A DNA stretch of 64,000 nucleotides from Ranitomeya imitator (taxonomy: Eukaryota). How positions within the stretch are numbered: the stretch's first letter is position 1; each line of letters opens with the position of its first letter. Under the pieces are notes generated by a model, which worked only from the letters and a program-made list of their open reading frames with translations, was not told where the DNA came from and searched no databases. The translations under genes and the position numbers were made by a program. The stretch covers positions 500,464,001 to 500,528,000 of the forward strand of contig NC_091283.1 of assembly GCF_032444005.1 (NCBI RefSeq). Reading direction: 5' to 3'. Of the stretch, positions 1-11,930 are shown in pieces.

Positions 1-152
1 AAATATGTCTTTATGTTTATACATATTAATCATGGACTAGCATAAGTGCTTAGCTATCCGGGGTGCAGAGGTAAAAGTCATTCACAGCCCCCAAAAGGTA
101 CATCTGTCCCATATGAGGAGCCAATAATATAAACTTTATTTCAATATACATA

Positions 153-1512
153 CAGCTAAGTCCATATATATTTGGACAGAGACAACATTTTTCTAATTTT
201 GGTTATAGACATTACCACAATGAATTTTAAACAAAACAATTCAGATGCAGTTGAAGTTCAGACTTTCAGCTTTCATTTGAGGGTATCCACATTAAAATTG
301 GATGAAGGGTTTAGGAGTTTCAGCTCCTTAACATGTGCCCCCCTGTTTTTAAAGGGCCCAAAGTAATTGGACAGATTCAATAATTTTAAATAAAATGTTC
401 ATGTTTAGTACTTGGTTGAAAACCCGTTGTTGGCAATGACTGTCTGAAGTCTTGAACTCATGGACATCACCAGACGCTGTGTTTCCTCCTTTTTGATGCT
501 CTGCCAGGCCTTCACTGCTGTGGTTTTCAGTTGCTGTTTGTTTGTGGGCCTTTCTGTCTGAAGTTTAGTCTTTAACAAGTGAAATGCATTCTCAATTGGG
601 TTGAGATCAGGTGACTGACTTGGTCATTCAAAAATATTCCACTTCTTTGCTTTAATAAACTCCTGGGTTCGCCATACTTTTCTCTTTACATCATTCTGGT
701 AGAGGTTGATCTTGGTTTCATCTGTCCAAAGAATGTTCTTCCAGAACTGTGCTGGCTTTTTTAGATGTTTTTTAGCAAAGTCCAGTCTAGCCTTTTCATT
801 CTTGATGCTTATGAGTGACTTGCACCGTGCAGTGAACCCTCTGTATTTACTTTCATGCAGTCTTCTTTTTATGGTAGATTTGGATATTGATACGCCTACC
901 TCCTGGAGAGTGTTGTTCACTTGGTTGGCTGTTGTGAAGGGGTTTCTCTTCACCATGGAGATTATTCCACGATCATCCACCACTGTTGTCTTCCGTGGGC
1001 GCCCAGGTCTTTTTGCATTGATGAGTTCACCAGTGCTTCCTTTCTTTCTCAAGATGTACCAAACTGTAGATTTTGCCACTCCTAATATTGTAGCAATTTT
1101 TCGGATGGGTTTTCTTCTTTTTTCGCAGCTTAAGGATGGCTTGTTTCATCTGCATGGAGAGCTACTTTGACCGCATGCTTACTTCACAGCAAAACCTTCC
1201 AAATGCAAGCACCATGCTTAAATGCTTAATTGAGAATGACATAACGAAGGGATTGCCCACACCTGTCCATGAAATAGCCTTGGAGTCAATTGTCCAATTA
1301 CTTTTGGTCCCTTTAAAAACAGGGTGGCACATGTTAATGAGCTGAAACTCCTAAACCCTTCATCCAATTTTAATGTGGATACCCTCAAATGAAAGCTGAA
1401 AGTCTGAGCTTCAACTGCATCTGAATTGTTTTGTTTAAAATTCAATGTGGTAATGTCTATAACCAAAATGAGAAAAATGTTGTCTCTGTCCAAATATATA
1501 TGGACTTAACAG
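153..1512 (-). mobile_element. Tc1-family DNA transposon with long (~230 bp) inverted repeats, internally deleted and defective; lies in intron 2 of keratin A
   Basis: TA|cagctaagtccatatatatttggacag ... ctgtccaaatatatatggacttaacag|TA; ORF 624-1079 homologous to the transposase at 20900-21937 but jumps from KVWR to TQEF (deletion), then stop. Confidence 0.9.
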
Positions 1513-1563
1513 TATTTCTTTGAAGAAATAACTCTTTTTTGTTTTTCTTTGATGTCTTACAAG

Positions 1564-4500
1564 ATATGAGTTGGAGGTCAAGTTAAGAACTGATATCGAA
1601 CTGGATGTGAAGGCTCTCCGCCTTGAGTTAGAAGCTATTAAGGAAGAAGTTGAAGATCTTGATGTTTACCATCTAAACCTTCAACACGATATGCTTAAGA
1701 AGAAGAAGACCAATCAAGATGTAATATAGTATTGTAAAATTTTGGGGCCTACAATATTCATTGGGCAAAATATATTTTAAAAGAACATGTAGTTTGCAAC
1801 AAAAAAATGTCTGTTAAATTCATTGGTTTTACAATCAAGTCACTTCAGGGAAAAAGGCTTAGCCCGGGTCACACTTGTGAAAGCAATGCGAGAAACTTGT
1901 GCAAGTCTCTCACATCAATACCCAGCACTGCCGCCGACACTCGGAACCGGAGCGTTCAGCTGCATTGAAATACACGCAGCCACACACTCCGGTCCTGAGT
2001 GTCGGCGGCAGTGCCGGGTATTGATGTGAGAGACATGCATGAGTTTCTAGCATTGCACAAGTGTGACCCCGGACTTATACAAACAGTGGGTTGTGGAAAT
2101 GAGTTTGGTATTACACCTCTTTTGACATTATGTTGCGCATAGTCCCACAAGATTCTTACCTGTTCTTTCGATAACACATTTACTTTTTGTCATGTACTAA
2201 CAGGCAATAAACAGCCTTTACAATCAGCTCGGTGCTAGAGTCACCGTGGAAGTGGACACCCCCCAGACAATGGATTTGAGCAAAATGTTATCTGAAATTC
2301 GTGAGCAATATGAAATTCTGATGGAAAATAACAAAGCAGAGGCAGAAAAATGGTTCCTGGTGAAAGTATGTATTTATTCTTCACCTTATAAAAACATCTT
2401 CACTTAATTATTGATAGGTATAATATAAGAAAAAAATGGGAGACTTTACATGAGATCTGAAGACTTTGAATTCTTATATATCAATTTCTAGAGTGAAGAA
2501 CTGAAACGTGATGTAGAATCTGGCTCTTCTGAACACCTTCCTACCTTCCAGTGTGAGGCCATAGAATTGAAGAGAATGGTTCAGACTTTGGATATTGATC
2601 TACAAAGCCAACTAAGCATGGTAAATTCTAAACCTGAAATATATTGACACATAACAGAGTTGATGAGTAAGAAAAATCCTTAGAAGTAAATGAAAAATAG
2701 CATGCAGGTTGCAAATTAACCTTAAAGGGAAGATGTGAATAAAAAATTGTATCTACCTGCCAACCTAGTGGTAATATGCAAGCAAGTACTAATATACATG
2801 AACAAGTGTCTAATTGGAAGTGTGGCTTCAGGGAGAAAATTAAGTTATATTCTCCCTGCAGCCACTGGCTTCCAGTCATCAGGACGATGCAGGGAGCTGT
2901 AACAGTCACCGTTCATGACACAATGAATGTGCTGTTATCTTGACTAGACTGATATTATGGTCTGTTCTGTTTATGTGCAGGGCAGGATGCCAGTAAATGC
3001 TTGGATTGTTTGCCCTTAAAAAGTTGGTCCATGTCAGATATTTACAGCAAGGTCACATAATATGCCATAAATGTCTAATAAATGAGGTTCTTACCTCTGT
3101 GATCCCATTTATCTTAGGGATAAGCCCATGTTTTCTGGTTATGTCTTATGAATGGAGAGGAGGTTGTGCACGCTTGGCTGTTATTTTATATCTATGATAA
3201 TTCCAAAGCAAAAGCCAAGCAAGAATACTTATGTAACACGTATTGACAATGTGTTATCAATAGAGTTTTCCCGAGCACGCTCGGGTGGTCTCCGAGTATT
3301 TGTGACTGCTCGGAGATTTAGTTTTCGTTGACTCAGCTGTATGATTTACAGCTAGTAGCCAGCCGTACATGTGGAGGTTGCCTGGTTGCTAGGGAATCCC
3401 CACATGTATTCAAGCTGTCTATCAGCTGTATCTCCGAGCAGTTACAAGTACTCGGAGACCACCCAAGCGTGCTGGGGAAAACTCGAGCAACGAGTACACT
3501 CGCTCATCACTAGTTATCAATAAACAAATTTATTTTTTACCATTATAGAAATTAGCACTTGAAACCACTTTGTTAGACAAAGAAGCCAGTTATAGTTCCC
3601 AGCTGTCACAGTTACAAATCCTCATCAACCAAGTGGAGGCAAATCTGTCACAGATACGAGCCAAGCAAGAATGCCAGAATGCAGACCACAAGGCTTTAAT
3701 GGATGTTACTACACATTTGGAAAGAGAAATTTCTACATATCAACTACTAATTGATAATCAGGACACGCAGTAAGTGAATAATCTTACATTAACTTCTTAT
3801 TGTTCCAGCGTATCTAAAATGTGAAATAGATTAAACAGCTTTGATCTTTTTTAACAACCTGTGTTTCCTTCTTTTTTCAAATCACATAAATTGTATGAAA
3901 TTGCCCTCGTTTAACAAAGATTCAGTACTTATAGATAATAAATAAATTGTAATGTCTGTATTACAGGTTACATTTTTCCTTTCTACCCAAGTCTTCAACT
4001 ACCCCTCTCTTCCCGGGACTAGTTATCGACTCAATTAGGAAAGGTTCTTCTCAATTCTGTGATTATTACTATGATACCTATTGAGAGTAGATTTGATCTT
4101 TCTACATTATGGGGAAAAAAATAATGTGAAAGGATATCTTTATCTTGCGTAGGATTCAAATTCACAAACATTCTGTATGTTTGGCTCATACTTGTCAACA
4201 CTTCTGGAAGGTCCAGGAATAGTGATTAGCGAGTGCGCTCATTACTCAAGATTTCCGAGCATGCTTGGGTGTTCTCCAAGTATCTTGGGCGCGCTCATAG
4301 ATTATGTTTGAATCTCCTCAGCTGCATGATTTGTGGCTGCTAGGCAGCCTGAATACATGTGGGGATTCCCTAACAGACAGGCAACCCTGCATGTGTTCAG
4401 GTTGTCTAACAGCCGCAAATCATGCAGCTGCGGGGACACAAGCATAATACGCCCAAGATATTCATAGAACACCCGAGCATGCTCGGAACTCTCGAGTAAC

Positions 4501-7319
4501 GAGAACACTCGCTCATCACTATTCAGGAAACTGGATAACATCTGGGAAGGTTTTCTTTACAAGAACCTGGGATTAGAGTTGATTGAATCATTTGCAATTC
4601 AAACTCACAAACTTTGGTGATTTTTTCCCAAAAATGAGTTCTGTGATGAATAAATCACAGGTACTCCAAATGCCCTGAAAGGACCTCGAAGGTCTCCTAG
4701 GATTGTATGCAACTGCTTTAAACCTCTAGCATGCAAACACAGCCTTAATTATATGAAAGTGACTTCCACATAACTGGCTATGGATAAACAAATGGCAACC
4801 GTTCTTCGTTGCTATTTTGTTGCACACTATCTATACAGTTTATTTTGCATTTTGGACTTTTTCTTCCTATTTCTTTTGCTATGATGTAAGCTGTGGCAAT
4901 TTCTCATTAAAAAGATTCACCCGAAAATGGCAGCTATGCTGCATTTCCTGACTTGGCTTTTATACAGGCTACAACAAACTGTGTTATACTATATTATGAA
5001 TGGTGATCTGCGCAAATTGAATAGCATTCCATTCAAATTTGTGCTAGTGAACTTTTAAAAATTCTACATAAATGTGACTTACATTGAATTGATTGTTTCT
5101 TTTCTATCTGGAATGCTTACACAGCATAGAAGAGATATAACGTAGTCCAAGGATCAATTTCTAATACATTTTCTGATTTGTTTTGCAGTGCAACAAAGTC
5201 TTCATCACCACCAGCAACTGAAGGTGAGTAAAAACAATTGATATGCTTTACAATATTACTGATACTGACCATACATATTATACAATATGAGGAAATAGTT
5301 ACGTTAGCTTGTTTTGCTTGCCAAAAGAAAGTCTAAAGGCACTTATTATTTTAAAGGGAACCTGTCATCAGGTTTTTGATACCTCATGTGAAAAAAGAAT
5401 GATGTAGGGGCCGAGGCCCTGAGTCTAGTGATGTATTACTTATTGTGCTGCCTGTTGCAGTTTTGATGAAATCATTCTTTTCTCTGCTGCAGATCTACCA
5501 GTTATCTGAATGCTGATCACTATATAACCCCACCAACACCACTGAGGTTTCTGTATACACTATGCATAGGCAGAAAGCTTCCATTCAATGTTGGGGGCGT
5601 GGTTATGCAGAGGTCATAAATATGAAAGGCTAAATGGCAGCAGGTTTACTAGTCTTCTAGTGATAATCTGCTGATGATAAAACTGTTATTTTATCAAAAC
5701 TACAGAGTGCAGCTCAATAAGTTACACATCACTGGAAAATATGTCTCTGTCTCTACATTATGCAACTCTCAGATTAAGTGACAAAAACCTGGTGATAGAT
5801 TCCCTTAGGTTGAAGATATATCTTCACAGCATAAGTGGGTTTTACCACTCTTAGTGCATGAAGGCTGTGTTATAGAGAAGGCCTTCACCTTCCAGTTTCC
5901 TCTTTTCTTCCTCTTTGTTACATTCTTTGTTTGTAAGATATGATAGATAATAGATACCAAAAGGAAAAGAATATAATGAGGACAAAAAATGAAATGAAAA
6001 TAGGGAAAAGGGAAACAAGGTAAAACAAGAGGAAAGGAGCTAATGAGAAATGATAAAAAAAAATTATTTCATGGATAATTTGGGAGCAGGAACATTAATG
6101 GAAAAAACTTTAGTCATAGTCTATGCACTAAAAACCTAGAGCCCATCCTTTGGTGATAACCACTCTGGTTATCTTCTATATTATAAAAAAATATGTAATT
6201 ATGTTTTACTGGTGCTACCTACCAAGATTCTTGCCCCTAGCATTTTTATTAAGTTGTTGCTATTACCCAACCATCAAAGAAGTGGAATATTTAAAATTTA
6301 AAGGGGTATTCTTAAATTGTCTCTTGAGCAGCTCATAGGTATGCAGTCTCCTGACTTCTTGGTTTCTAGCAGGGTGTACTCTCCTCATTGAGTGACAGTT
6401 CTAGTGAGTAGCAGAGCTGTAGTAGAACTGTAAAGATAAGTCTAAGTAGAAAAAAAACAGAAAGTGCACTCACCGGTGAGACCCGTAGAAGTGCGGCAGC
6501 GCGAAACGGCTGTCGTCTTTTGTCCACATCCTCCTCAGTGTGCCCGCACATGTTCTGAATAAAGGACTCTTGCACAAAAAATCGGTGAGTGCACTTTCTA
6601 TTTTTTTCTACTTGGACTTATCTGACTTCGCTATTTTAGTGCACCCAGTGTCTAGCAGGCATATATGGCATAGCAGCGGCATTTAGTTGCAGGTTTTGTG
6701 GTGGCGGTTTGTTCATGCGGGCATAATGGTGCCGTGTTGTTCTATATTCTGAAGCGTAGAATTGTAAAGCCCAACACAAGTTTTGGTGCAGCACATTCAG
6801 CTATCAGTATTTGTTCTGGAGTGTACATCGCATTGTATTGTATTTTGTACAAGCATACAATTCTGGACAGTGAGAGCTGTGATGTTAAGTGCCAGGGACT
6901 TAAAATTACACAGGACAGTAGGTGACCAGGTAAGTGCAATTAAGAAATTAATGGTCTGGATAGAAGTATCTGGGATGTTATGAGTTAGCACATCTCCTTG
7001 AAGGTATTTACTGTACACTATGTAAGATAAAAGCTCTCATTGCAGTAGAATGCTAGCAAAAAAAAAGCATATTAATTGTAAACCTGCTTATTTTCATACT
7101 GTTCCCTTAAATAAAGCAATGTTTATAACTTGCCAATACTGCTTAATAGAAGGAATAAACACGTGAATAGCACCTAAAATGCCATAAAAATCTATTTGCA
7201 TTCAAATAAATAAATATTTTTTTAATTTTTTTTTAGTTCGCGCAAAGCTTGTAAGAGTTGTCTCCGTAACGGAAGAAATTGAAAGCAGAAAAATTGTCTC
7301 TCCAAGAGAAAATTATTAG
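1564..7319 (+). CDS. Divergent type I keratin A, exons 3-8 (exons 1-2 lie upstream of the window)
   Basis: AG/GT-bounded exons 1564-1720 (157 bp), 2204-2365 (162), 2492-2620 (129), 3549-3769 (221), 5189-5223 (35), 7237-7319 (stop). Sizes and phases match type I keratin exons; [31 protein letters not shown]; tail VRVVSVTEEIESRKIVS resembles the type I tail motif. Last two exons are less certain. Confidence 0.85.
1862..2074. mobile_element. Foldback MITE, PIF/Harbinger-like
   Basis: TTA|gcccgggtcacacttg ... caagtgtgaccccggac|TTA; whole element palindromic. Confidence 0.7.
3261..3512. mobile_element. hAT-type MITE, left TIR mostly deleted
   Basis: 8-bp TSD gttatcaa at 3253-3260 and 3513-3520; right end ctcgctcatcacta; same family as 4220-4521. 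Confidence 0.75.
4220..4521. mobile_element. hAT-type MITE
   Basis: TIR tagtgattagcgag / ctcgctcatcacta; 8-bp TSD tccaggaa / ttcaggaa (7/8); internal palindrome. Confidence 0.8.
5355..5805. mobile_element. TTAA-targeting (Kolobok/T2-like) MITE
   Basis: ttaa|agggaacctgtca ... tgatagattccct|tag; related copy at 55000-55395. Confidence 0.6.
6374..6650 (+). mobile_element. Short Penelope-type terminal-repeat insertion with a hammerhead-like motif
   Basis: 9-bp direct repeat tctagcagg (6365-6373, 6651-6659); ~42-bp inverted repeats 6434-6475 / 6583-6623; hammerhead-like fold 6478-6519; AATAAA 6558-6563. Confidence 0.6.
6478..6519 (+). ncRNA. Type I hammerhead-like motif with variant core (CCGUAGA)
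   Basis: gagac-CCGTAGA-a-gtgc-ggca-gcgc-GAAA-c-ggct-GTC-gtctt; stems I, II and III pair, but the core deviates from CUGANGA at 2 positions. Confidence 0.45.
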
Positions 7320-7645
7320 AAAAGTTTGCCACTACATGTCAGAAATGGGTTCCTTGGAATAACCAGAGGAAATCATTTTGAGGGCCACTATCTTTCTGTA
7401 CTGTACACATCGAATTACATTATAATATTTGGTGTTTTAGTGGTACACACACAGCTTATTTGTGATCAACTCATAAGAAATAGACCGAAGTGGCAGCTGA
7501 TTGGCTCCAAAGTTACCTCTACCTCCACCATATGGGGTTTTCTAGACTTGTAAGGCTCATGGGTGTGTCAATGCCTGGGTCTACCAGAGGATACACTTCT
7601 GGGCCAATTCTACCCTGTTTATAGGATGGCTTCACTTGTCACAAC

Positions 7646-7921
7646 TAGGGATGAGCGGACCTGTGGATGTACAGGTTTGTTGGGTTGGACCGAACTTTAA
7701 TCCAAAGTTTGGTTCGGGTACTAAAACTGTACCCGAACTTGAACCTGACCCCAAACCCCATAGAATTCAGTAGGACCCGAACTATGGAGTTGGGAATTCT
7801 TTCTCTCCTCCCCGTACTGTAAAACGGACTTCCAGGAGAAGTTTGTGTTCAGAGTTCAGCACTGGACACTGGGCGTCAGATACGAACCCCAAACTTTACA
7901 GTTCGAGTTCGCTCATCTCTA
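7646..7921. mobile_element. hAT-type MITE
   Basis: TIR tagggatgagcg / cgctcatctcta; 8-bp TSD gtcacaac / gtcactac. Confidence 0.75.
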
Positions 7922-9458
7922 GTCACTACCAAAGCTGACAGACAATGCTTTACACTAAATAGTGTCACTTTCCCTTTAACACAATTTATATTTTGCATGA
8001 AAAAGATGGGGATAGTCATCTCACATTACGCTCTTAGCAATAGATTTATGAGATGACAAAATCTCAATTACAAAGACAGATATATCCGTTAAGTGCATCA
8101 TTATTATGTGTAAAGTTTGATCTATGGGAGAGGCTGAATTATGAGAAACATGACTCTGCTGATGGGTGGCAACTTAAGCAAGGATTGACTTTTACTGTAT
8201 ATCTGTCATTGTCACTAGTAGACTTTCATGCTGAAATTATGAAGGTATCAAGACATAGTAAGCATCGAATCTGCACTGTTGACTAAAAACACATTTACTC
8301 TACAGGTCATAGTGAGCAGGTAACATAGCACATCCTTTAGGACACTCGAAAATTGGATTATTTTGGAAACCAATGGTAAATTTGGGCACCATTATTTTAT
8401 TATTACATCTTCATTAGATCCCTTTGTTATTACACTTCATCTTGTTAATTAGGCAGTTGCTTTGACAGGTTTATGTCCCAAAATACGATAAATGTAGTTT
8501 TGAATTAATGTTACTTTGAACCATCAAATTAAATAATTATAAAGGTTCACCTTTCATCTATAGAACAGATGAGTACATCCCCTTATAAATAGGCCACATG
8601 CTTTATTGTTATCACCACACACACAAATCATACATCATAAATAAAGCCATATAAATTATTTGTCAACCAACCCACAAAAATCAGACCCTAATGACAAGTG
8701 ATGGAATCACCTCCAAACAGCCTTGCCTTTTGATGGACCTCTGTCGACTCGACCATTATTTTGTGACTGATGGCCCATTCTCTGGTATTCTGTTGTGCCA
8801 GTCAGATCCTGATGCAATTTAAAAATAAATTATATACTGTGCACACTAAAACAAAAAGAACATCATCGATTTTTCTGATAGTTATATGTGGACAAGAATG
8901 TTTCAAAATGCAATATGGTAGCGTTGGAAGCTAAAAGAGTGGTGAAAGATAAAGAATGTTAATTTTTGAGAGTCTAAGTAGGGTTTTCCTGTTATATAGA
9001 CTTCTCATTAAAGTGTTGTTGTAGAAAGCTTAAAGCTTGTGCCCAACAGTTTACAGAAAAAGTAAGGTCTAATGTGCTTCCACCACCCAACTAATATAAA
9101 GTCAGGACCAGCTCATTTTTACGACCTGTGAAGAGCTTAACTTGTGGATTCCAACCGTGAGTGTTAGACTCAGATATTTGAGGCCATCAGAAGACATTTT
9201 TTCTATGGCACCCTCTAGAACACAGGCATATACCCGCTTACTAATTAAAACACATGACAAAAATTAAGAATTTATGCACGTAATGTAGTCTAGTACGGAA
9301 CCTTATGGGGTTTGTTGAAGCAAAAATCTTAAAGCTAAGGCACATTGTATTATTCTCTGGTCCTTTGCTGGACAGTTCAGTGGAAACCTGAACCCAATGA
9401 GCTGAATTTTATGACATTCCTGATTGTTTTATAGTCTTGTTACAAAAATCTGGTTTAA

Positions 9459-10071
9459 AGGGGTTGTCCCATGAACAAAGTACATTTTAATCAATAGAGC
9501 AATAATAATAAGATCCACAATTGGATGTGCTTAAAAAAATATTTATGTGCTAAGATAATCTTATGAATGTGCCCCTGCAATGTACGGTGTAATGGCTGTG
9601 TCTGCCCGTGCATGGTCATTGTCTATCATACCATTCTTTCTGTGAGGTAAAACATGTTTTTAAACAGGCAGGGAAATGTTTTTTCTCACAGAAAGGATCA
9701 GCTGCAAACCCATACTGTCCTGTCTGTATACTCCCTTTAGCTTCTTCTTGGCCAGGTAGCTGTGGTATGATCAGACCATGTCCCTGCTCGGTCAGACACG
9801 GCCATTACACAGTACACATCAGGGGCACATTTATAAGATTATCTCAGCACAGGAACATTTTTTGAAAATATCCAATTGCTTCTGTAATACCGGAAAGAGG
9901 GAGGTAATTCCTTGTACCTATGTTTGCATGTTAATATACTAATGTTGAAAATGTTTAATTGAAAATGTTTAATAAAAACAGTTTGGAAAAAAAAAAAGAA
10001 AATATCCAATTGCGAAATTGATCTTTATTCCAAGATCTATTTATTAAAACAAACTTTGTGGGACAACCCCT
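9459..10071. mobile_element. TTAA-targeting (Kolobok/T2-like) MITE containing a small retro-insertion
   Basis: TTAA|aggggttgtccca ... tgggacaacccct|TTAA. Confidence 0.8.
9880..9997 (+). mobile_element. 3' tip of an L1/Tx1-type retroposed sequence with poly(A)
   Basis: AATAAA and A-run; 16-bp TSD gaaaatatccaattgc at 9864-9879 and 9998-10013. Confidence 0.7.
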
Positions 10072-10432
10072 TTAATTTAAACAATTATACCAATTAATTG
10101 ACCAAATGTATAAATATATCATATATTAACTAAATATCACAGTATAAATTCAAAGCAATTATATTATGTCTCAGCTTGGCAAAGTCATGCAGTTCTTAGG
10201 GATTGCTAATATACTCTATGTTGAGAAATAGTCCTTTCTTCTGAGGGAGGACCACTCATCAGGATTTATATGAATGAGTTGTACCACCAGAAATTTTAAT
10301 CTAATGTAACACTGGCATGTGAGAGCTTGAAACAAGTTTCTTATAAGACATGATTCATCGAGAAGGTTTTAATGAAAGAATCTATAGCATATACTGTATA
10401 ATAGTTTCTAAGTATTGCCTTAAATGTTTGGA

Positions 10433-11924
10433 AATTTGAGATCAGAAGTTTACATACACTATATCAAAAGACACATATGCATGTTTTCTCAATATCTTAC
10501 ATGAAATCAGAACCTGTTTGTCAATTAGAATTACCATAATTATTAATTTTTGCCAAATGCCAGATTAATGAGAGAGAGAATGTTTTAAGACATTTTTAGT
10601 ACTCACTGCAAAGTCAATCGTTTACATACACTAAGATTACTATGCCTTCTTGTATATTTAAACAATTCTGGACTGCCCATATGATGATGGCATGTGTTTG
10701 GAAGCTTCTGATAATTTTTGGGAACATCAGAGTTAATTAGAGACACATCTGTGGATGTATTTTAATATGCACACCTGAAGCACACTGCTTCTTTGAGTAG
10801 CATCATGGGGGTCTAAAGAATTCAGTCAAGATATCTGGAAGAGAATTGTGAACTTGCACAAGTCTGGCTCGTCCTTGGGTACAATTTCTAGCGTTGTTTG
10901 GTCCAACATGTGCATATCAACCCAAGGACAAAAGCAAAAGACCTTGTGAAGATGATGGTAGAAGCTGGTAAGATTGTGTCAATGTCCACAGTGAAACGAG
11001 AACTGTATCAACATGAGCTGAATGGCCACTCTGCCAGGAAGAAGCCATTACTCCAAAAGATACATAAAAAAAGCCAGATAAATATTTGCAAATGCACACA
11101 GGAACACAGACCTTAATTCTTGGAGATATGTCCTGTGGTTTGATTAAACTAAAATTTAACTTTTTGGGCATAATAACCATCGTTACATTTGGGGGAAAAA
11201 GGGAGAAGCTTGGAAGCCTAATAACACCATCTCAACTGTGAAACACGGGGGTGGCAGCATCATGTTGTGGGGTTGTTTTGTTGCAGGAGGGACTGGTGCA
11301 CTTCACAAAATAGATGGCATCATGAGAAAAGAAAATTATGTGGCAATATTGAAGCAACTTCTCAAGACATCAGCCAGGAAGTTAAAGCTTGGGCGGAAAT
11401 GGGTCTTCCAAATGGACAATGACCCGAAGCATACTGCCAAAATGATAACAAAGTGGCTTAAGGACAACAAAGTCAATGTTTTGGAGTGGCCATCAGAAAG
11501 CCCTGATCTCAATCCTATTGAAAATTTATGGACAAAGTTGAAAAGGCTGGTGCGAGCAAGACGACCTGCAAACCTGGATTAGTTGCACCAGTTTTGTCAG
11601 GAGGAATGGGCCCAAATTCCAACCAACTATTGTGAAAAGTTTGTGGAAGGATATCGCAAATGTTTCACCCAAGTCATTCAATTTAAGGATATTGGTACCA
11701 AATACTAATGAAATCTATGTAAACTTTGGACTTTGCAGTAAGTAACAAAAATTCCTTAAACCATTCTCTCTCTCATTAGCCTGGCATTTGGCAAATATTA
11801 ATAATTATGGTAATCCTAATTGACTTAATACAGGAAAAGTTTATTCTGATTTCATGTCAGTCACTGAGAAAAACATGCTTATGTGTCTTTTTACATAATG
11901 TATGTAAACTTCTGGTTCCAACTG
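10433..11924 (+). mobile_element. Sleeping Beauty-like (IR/DR) Tc1 transposon, degenerate
   Basis: agaagtttacatacac / tgtatgtaaacttctggttccaactg|TA; transposase remnants ~10804-11708 (MGSKEF..RIVNLHKSGSSLGTIS; DNDPKH..NPIE with 34 spacing; ..TKY*) with stops, frameshifts and a deletion; left end approximate. Confidence 0.85.
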
Positions 11925-11930
11925 TACATA

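Noticed and set aside
6914-6929. Possible micro-exon of keratin A before a strong gtaagt donor
   Set aside because: 16 nt would shift the frame and gives a stop in the required phase.
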